DNA of 33,759 bases, taken from Candidatus Woesearchaeota archaeon (GTDB taxonomy: Archaea; Nanobdellota; Nanobdellia; SCGC-AAA011-G17; PNOQ01). Each line of letters starts with the position of its first letter. Position 1 is the stretch's first letter. The notes beneath the pieces were generated by a model. The model did not search any database and was not told the DNA's origin. It worked only from the letters and a program-made list of their open reading frames with translations. Below are positions 28,432 through 33,759 of this stretch, one piece after another. The stretch is from contig JBDRML010000041.1 in assembly GCA_043812195.1 (NCBI GenBank), positions 1-33,759 on the forward strand, read 5' to 3'. The position numbers were made by a program, and so were the translations under genes.

Positions 28432-29705
28432 ATTATAAAAAAACATTTAACAAAATGAAAAAATTAATTGGCACTAAAAAAATAATCAATAGTATTCACA
28501 AATCCTTACAGTTTACAGATGAACCTAAATTTTTTCAATACACAGCATTTATGAATAATTATTCAAAAAAAACTTCAGCCCCCTTTGATAAAGAAGAATG
28601 TTATGGATCTGGATTAGATATAGATGAAGATTTAGCTAAGATAAAAACAATTGGAGAGTGTATTGAAAGATATTGCCTTGCAATATTTCAAAATAAAAAT
28701 TTTATAAAAGAAAAGTATACAAAATTATCAAAAGAAACTAACATTTTGAACATACTAGATTTAATTAACTTTACAAATAAACCAGAAGAATATTTTTCCA
28801 AAATAAAAAATAAAAAAATAAATTGGTCAGAAGGTTATGATTTTTTAAAAAATAGAAAAGTTCTAATTCCTTCTCAATTAATATATGTTCCATATTATGC
28901 AAAAGAACCAACTATAAGACTTCCATTAAGTAGCGGAGCTGCCTGTGCCGAAAGCAAAAAAGAAACAATATATAAAGGTATATGCGAGCTTATTGAAAGA
29001 GATTCTTTTATGATATATTATCTAAATAAAATTTCACCAGAAAAAATAAATTTAAACTCTATAAAAAATAAAGAAATAAATGAGATGATATCAAGATTTA
29101 AAAAATATTTTTTAGAAGTTCACCTTTTAAATATTACTACAAATTTAAAAGTTCCATCAATTCTTTGTATACTAATTGATAGAACAGGAGTTGGCCCAGC
29201 AATTTCCATTGGAGCTAAATCAGATTTAAATATCTACAAAGCAATAAGAGGATCAATATTAGAAGCACAACATGGCAGAACATGGATAAGATGTAAAATG
29301 ATTATGGGTGAAAAAATAAAAAGTAGTAAAGAAATTAAAAGTCCTGAAGATAGAGCATTATATTGGGCAAACAAAAAACAAATCCAAAAATTAGATTATA
29401 TGATTAATTCAAAAAAAACAATATCAATTAAAAAAGTTAAAAGCAAAAAATCAAATATAAACTCTAATTTTAAAGATATAATAAAAATAATAGAAGATAA
29501 AAAATACAATATTTATTATAAAGATATCACAACAAAAAAAATTGAAGATGCCGGATTCAAAGTAATAAAAACGATTATTCCACAATTACATCCTCTTTTT
29601 TTATTTGAAGAATGTAAATACTTATATAGCGAAAGATTAAAGAAAGTTCCAATTGAACTAGGACATAATAAAAAATTAAATAAAGAAGTCCACCCCTTTG
29701 TTTAA
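28428..29705 (+). CDS. ycaO: YcaO family cyclodehydratase (stand-alone)
   Basis: GECIERYC, SSGAACA, ICELIERD ATP/Mg motifs; C-terminal HPFV tail. Confidence 0.93.
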   Translation: MNYKKTFNKMKKLIGTKKIINSIHKSLQFTDEPKFFQYTAFMNNYSKKTSAPFDKEECYGSGLDIDEDLAKIKTIGECIERYCLAIFQNKNFIKEKYTKLSKETNILNILDLINFTNKPEEYFSKIKNKKINWSEGYDFLKNRKVLIPSQLIYVPYYAKEPTIRLPLSSGAACAESKKETIYKGICELIERDSFMIYYLNKISPEKINLNSIKNKEINEMISRFKKYFLEVHLLNITTNLKVPSILCILIDRTGVGPAISIGAKSDLNIYKAIRGSILEAQHGRTWIRCKMIMGEKIKSSKEIKSPEDRALYWANKKQIQKLDYMINSKKTISIKKVKSKKSNINSNFKDIIKIIEDKKYNIYYKDITTKKIEDAGFKVIKTIIPQLHPLFLFEECKYLYSERLKKVPIELGHNKKLNKEVHPFV

Positions 29706-29708
29706 AAA

Positions 29709-30446
29709 ATGGAAAATAAATTAAGAAAGATACATGAAGAAACGAAAATAGAAATTAAACCATCTTATAAAAACGAAGAATATCCAAAATCATGGATTAA
29801 AATATATTACAAAAATTACCCACGTTTTAAAAAAATAAAATTACCAAAACCAAAGAAAATAAGCAAACAATTATATGAGGTTATTTTATCAAGATCTTCT
29901 ATTCGTAATTTTAATAAAAAATCTATAACTATAAGAGAAATTTCTGAAATATTATATTATTCATGCGGAATTACGAATTATCATAATTCAAAATCGATAG
30001 ATGAAACTAAAAGATCATATCCTTCAGCAGGAGGAAGATATCCTATAGAAATCTATTTGGCCATTTTTAAATGTGAAGGCATTAAACCAGGAATTTACCA
30101 CTATAATGTAAAAGGACATTATCTCGAATTAATGATTCCAGGAAATCATATGAATAAAATAAATGGAGTAACCTATCAAGATATGATAATTAAAAGTTCA
30201 ATAACTTTTCTCCTAACCGGAGTTTTTAGTAGAACACAAGTAAAATATGGTACTAGAGCTTATAGATATATTCTATTAGATCTAGGTCATATGGCTCAAA
30301 ATATTTACTTAGTATCTACCAATCTCCAAATAGGTTGCTGCACAATAGGGGGATTTAGTGACGAAAAAATAAATAATTTTTTAGATTTAGATAAAAGTGA
30401 ACAAGTTTTATATATGGGAGTTTTAGGGAAATATGATAAAAATTAA
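29709..30446 (+). CDS. SagB/ThcOx-type FMN-dependent azoline dehydrogenase
   Basis: SRSSIRNF, RSYPSAGGRYPIEIY, GIYHY, KYGTRAYRY, DLGHMAQN. Confidence 0.93.
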   Translation: MENKLRKIHEETKIEIKPSYKNEEYPKSWIKIYYKNYPRFKKIKLPKPKKISKQLYEVILSRSSIRNFNKKSITIREISEILYYSCGITNYHNSKSIDETKRSYPSAGGRYPIEIYLAIFKCEGIKPGIYHYNVKGHYLELMIPGNHMNKINGVTYQDMIIKSSITFLLTGVFSRTQVKYGTRAYRYILLDLGHMAQNIYLVSTNLQIGCCTIGGFSDEKINNFLDLDKSEQVLYMGVLGKYDKN

Positions 30447-30960
30447 TCTAAAATCTAGTTGGATATTGAATGATTTCTTTTTGAAAACAGGGCAAGAGAA
30501 AAATCAGAAGAAAAAAGAAAGAGAAGTAAAAAAATTATTTAATAATAATAAATCATACATTTTCAAAATGTTAAAAAAAATAACAAAGTTAGATTGGAAA
30601 CGAGATTCATTAGACATCTGGATAATAGGTGGCACTTTTCCAACCAGTCCATTTCCAAATTTTTTAAATGTAAATGAAAGCAACAATTATTTACTATTTG
30701 ATATTATTTATTTATTAATTCATAATCTTCTTATACAAAATGATTTTTATTCAAAGTTATTTAAGGATGAAGAATACGACAATACAAAACTTGAAGCTAT
30801 AGTTTTTCTATTAACTAAAAAAATATTGGAGGGAATACTCACAAAAAAAGAATTAATCGAAATAATAGAAAAAACTAAAAAAGAAGGATTTAACCAATAT
30901 ATTTGGGATGAAGCAAATCTTTTAGAAAAAAATAATAAATATCTTTCTTTTTTTAAGTAA
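30433..30960 (+). CDS. Degenerate paralog of the 27859-28431 HEXXH protein
   Basis: Aligns throughout (W..DSLDIW, IHNL, LEAIV, YIW) but HELIH is replaced by YLLIH. Confidence 0.7.
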   Translation: MIKINLKSSWILNDFFLKTGQEKNQKKKEREVKKLFNNNKSYIFKMLKKITKLDWKRDSLDIWIIGGTFPTSPFPNFLNVNESNNYLLFDIIYLLIHNLLIQNDFYSKLFKDEEYDNTKLEAIVFLLTKKILEGILTKKELIEIIEKTKKEGFNQYIWDEANLLEKNNKYLSFFK

Positions 30961-31284
30961 AATTATTTTTTCCCTTTCAATTCTTATAGCTTTTTCTCCC
31001 GCTCTTTTTCTTGCATCATCCAAAAAAGCTAATGTTTCTTCTTTATTCATTATGGTTTAATTCTCCATTTCTAGCCTAAAACCTCTATCATCTATAAGAG
31101 TTTCTTCAGGAATATTAGATATTCCCCCAATTTCCAATTTCTTACACACTTACACATTTCGTTCTTACCATAAAAAAAGGCAATAAAAAGCCATTTATAA
31201 ACCCTTTCCTGGTGTTTGGGAAACTTTAAGAGAGCCCTCTTACCTGCATTGTTACCTTAGAGGGTGCTAAAGAGAATAAAAAAA

Positions 31285-31428
31285 TTATTTCTTCTTTTTC
31301 TTTGGTTTATCCCAATAAGCAGATTTGCATTTTGGGCATAAAATTGGATATTCTTTTTTTCTAGGAATCCATTCATGTTTGCAACGTTCACATTTGTATC
31401 CTTTTACTTGTATTTTTATCTCTGACAT
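31285..31428 (-). CDS. 47-aa Zn-ribbon protein (not in ORF track)
   Basis: MSEIKIQVKGYKCERCKHEWIPRKKEYPILCPKCKSAYWDKPKKKKK*; two CxxC pairs; TATA-like element upstream. Confidence 0.75.
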   Translation of the reverse strand: MSEIKIQVKGYKCERCKHEWIPRKKEYPILCPKCKSAYWDKPKKKKK

Positions 31429-31607
31429 ATAACTTTTTAGAACTTTTATTCTTTATAAACTTTACTTTAATAGGTATTAACTACATAGTTATTAATTTAC
31501 TACCGAAAGATTTATATATATTAACTTACTTATATAATTATTAATTAGTTAAGTAAATAAAGGGATTCAGAAGAATCCCTAGATCCCATCAAATCCGTCA
31601 AGATAAA

Positions 31608-31706
31608 ATGAAATCCAATAATGTAAAAGATAATAAGTATAAAAATCTTTGCTGTTCAAAGTGCAAATGTAAACATATCAAGAAGAATGGAAAGGTAACC
31701 GTTTAG
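31608..31706 (+). pseudogene. 5' remnant of an IS1/IS6-like transposase
   Basis: MKSNNVKDNKYKNLCCSKCKCKHIKKNGKVTV* resembles the CPYC...VVKRG start of the transposase at 21782; hairpin agggattc-agaa-gaatccct at 31561-31580. Confidence 0.5.
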
Positions 31707-31759
31707 CTAGTACCACAAAATAGCAAAAGATATAAATAGTATATACTTATTAAAATAAA

Positions 31760-33415
31760 ATGAAATTGCAAAATAAAATAATATTATACACTTTAATATT
31801 TGTATTAATATCAAGTACATTAGCAGCTTCAAGTTGTGCAGTTATTCAAAAAAGCGGAATTTATGTTGAAGATCTTTCTAATGTAGATTATGTACCTGGC
31901 CAGGTTGTAGTTTTAATTAAAGAAAATAGATTAGGAGACACTCAAATTGAAAATATGTTAAGACAAGCAAGTCCAGTTTCAATAAACTCAATAGATAAAT
32001 TGCATAAATATGATTTAAAATCAAGTCCAAGAAATCATGGTAAAAGAATGTTCACCTTAAATTTTAATGAAAATATAAATCCAAAATATGTTTCTAATAT
32101 AATATCTAAAAATTCTTTGGTTTTAATAGCAGAGCCGGAATATATAGGATATTTAACTTCTATACCTAATGATCCTTTATTTTCAGATCAATGGGGTTTG
32201 CATAATACAGGCCAAAATGGCGGAACACCAGATGCAGACATAGATGCACCAGAAGCATGGGATCTTGAAACAGGTTCTGAAGATATAATAATTTCAATAA
32301 TAGACACAGGAGCTGATTTAGATCACGAAGATTTAGTTGATAAACTGCTTCCAGGTTGGGATGTTTTTAATCATGATTTAATTCCAGAAGATACCTCTGG
32401 TCACGGGACAATGGTTACCGGAATAGCAGCAGCATCTACAAATAATAATTTAGGTATCGCAGGAACATGTCCAGACTGTATGATTTTACCAGTTAAAGCA
32501 GGAAATAACTCTTTCTTAGCATCCAATATATACTATGCCATCGAATATTCTTTAAATAATCCGAATAATTTAGAAGGCATACCTGAAAACCAGAATATTG
32601 CAAATATAATATCAATGCAGGTTGCATTTTCATCCCCAAGCACATTTCTTAGATGGGGTGTAGAAGACGCATATGCTATGGGTGTTATTTTAGTTGCTGG
32701 TGCTGGTAATAATAACAACAATACACCAAGATACCCAGCAGCATTTCCAGAAGTTATTGGTGTGGCTGCGACAGATGAAAATGATGTCAAGACAACTTTT
32801 TCAAGCTATGGTACGTGGGTTGATGTTGCATCACCAGGAATTAATATATGGAGTACCTATCTTTTAGGAAATTATAATTATGGTTGGGGCACATCATTCT
32901 CAACACCATTCGTCTCTGGCGTAATTGGTCTAATACTATCAAAAAACCCAGATTTTAGTAATGAGGAAGTAAGACAAATTTTAATTGATACATCAGATCC
33001 AGTAACAGGTTTCCCGGAAATAATTGGTGGAAGAATAAACGCATATCAAGCATTGCTTGCAACTCCAGAACCAAACTATGCGCCAGATTTATTTCCAATA
33101 GATAACATAATAATTCAAGAAACAGAGCCAGTAATAATAATAGCTGAAGCAATAGATCCGAATAACGATGAAATAATATTTTCAATTAATGATTCAAGAT
33201 TTGAAAGCACAGCACTTCCAAGAGACGGAGACATTCAAAAAATGATGTTTAGCTGGACCACGGGTTATCAAGATCAAGGAATTTATCAGTTTGAAGTCAC
33301 AGCAAGCGATGGAGAATTAGAAGATACAGAATTAGTAAATGTTATAATAAACAATAAACCATTGGGTGGAAAAACATTACCATACCAACAATATATTCCT
33401 GAAGAAGGTTATTAA
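31760..33415 (+). CDS. Secreted S8 (subtilisin/thermitase-like) serine protease with C-terminal Ig-like domain
   Basis: Signal peptide, prodomain, IIDTG (Asp), GHGT (His), GAGN, GTSFSTPFVSG (Ser), VTASDGELED Ig-like tail. Confidence 0.93.
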   Translation: MKLQNKIILYTLIFVLISSTLAASSCAVIQKSGIYVEDLSNVDYVPGQVVVLIKENRLGDTQIENMLRQASPVSINSIDKLHKYDLKSSPRNHGKRMFTLNFNENINPKYVSNIISKNSLVLIAEPEYIGYLTSIPNDPLFSDQWGLHNTGQNGGTPDADIDAPEAWDLETGSEDIIISIIDTGADLDHEDLVDKLLPGWDVFNHDLIPEDTSGHGTMVTGIAAASTNNNLGIAGTCPDCMILPVKAGNNSFLASNIYYAIEYSLNNPNNLEGIPENQNIANIISMQVAFSSPSTFLRWGVEDAYAMGVILVAGAGNNNNNTPRYPAAFPEVIGVAATDENDVKTTFSSYGTWVDVASPGINIWSTYLLGNYNYGWGTSFSTPFVSGVIGLILSKNPDFSNEEVRQILIDTSDPVTGFPEIIGGRINAYQALLATPEPNYAPDLFPIDNIIIQETEPVIIIAEAIDPNNDEIIFSINDSRFESTALPRDGDIQKMMFSWTTGYQDQGIYQFEVTASDGELEDTELVNVIINNKPLGGKTLPYQQYIPEEGY

Positions 33416-33480
33416 TCTAACAATAATTCTATAAATATATAAACAAAAAGAATATAAATTAAAAAATTTAATTTTCATTA

Positions 33481-33759
33481 ATGAAAAAAATAAAAAGTAT
33501 CATTAACAATAAACTAATAATAACTTCAATAATTTTAATTATTCTTATTGGAAGCATTTTAATTATTAAAAATATCAATCCAACAACAAACAAAATTACT
33601 GGTCTAGCAAGTCTGCCAGCCCCTAATTGTATTGGACTTCCAGATGGCTGTGTATTAGCATCGAAACCATGGATTTGCATTGATGAACAATCATCTCAAG
33701 AATGTAGTGCTTGTGGGTGTCCAACTGGAAATGTATGTTTAAATGATGGATCTTGTACA
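33481..33759 (+). CDS. 5' part of a membrane-anchored Cys-rich surface protein (runs off the window)
   Basis: Basic N-terminus, TM helix, KITGLA, then C..CGCP.G.VC..DGSC; no stop before the window end. Confidence 0.75.
   Translation, partial: MKKIKSIINNKLIITSIILIILIGSILIIKNINPTTNKITGLASLPAPNCIGLPDGCVLASKPWICIDEQSSQECSACGCPTGNVCLNDGSCT

Noticed and set aside
30960-31171. Short minus-strand frames after the RiPP cluster
   Set aside because: Interrupted by stops with no recognisable motif; cannot be supported
15318-31750. Integron-like cassette array
   Set aside because: No recurring attC-like site between genes by eye, mixed orientations and no tyrosine recombinase
336-33680. Many short antisense or alternate-frame ORFs in the track (e.g. 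336-566, 2906-3280, 8612-9115, 13395-13820, 27232-27591, 27697-27897, 33468-33680)
   Set aside because: They overlap well-supported genes on the other strand or frame and lack motifs; these are shadow ORFs
1-33759. tRNA, rRNA or CRISPR array
   Set aside because: No GC-rich structured segment or regularly spaced repeat seen

Overview
AT-rich archaeal window, most likely DPANN (Woesearchaeota/Nanoarchaeota-like). This assignment is inferred from class III signal-peptide pilins, the oapABC trio and BRE/TATA promoters. Bases 1-11207 hold a type IV pilus/Tad-like operon whose ATPase carries two LAGLIDADG inteins, an AbiE-like gene pair and oapABC. From about 11.2 kb onward lies a patchwork accessory region with many gene fragments. 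It contains: a 4-kb lipoprotein block flanked by a duplicated oapC 3' end; a four-gene operon (anticodon-less AsnRS-like enzyme, SAM methyltransferase, active-site-divergent LysRS-II paralog, MccF/S66 peptidase); an IS1/IS6-like transposase with an AbrB-like gene; a TolB-like protein; and phosphatase/kinase genes. It also holds a compact RiPP-like cluster: an unannotated 58-aa Cys/Ser/Thr-rich precursor (27654-27830), an HEXXH peptidase, a stand-alone YcaO, a SagB dehydrogenase and an apparently inactive HEXXH paralog. Three unrelated sequences (two secreted proteins and one gene fragment) share a C-terminal GGK-x(1-2)-LPY motif. All calls come from reading motifs by eye; no database searches were run.
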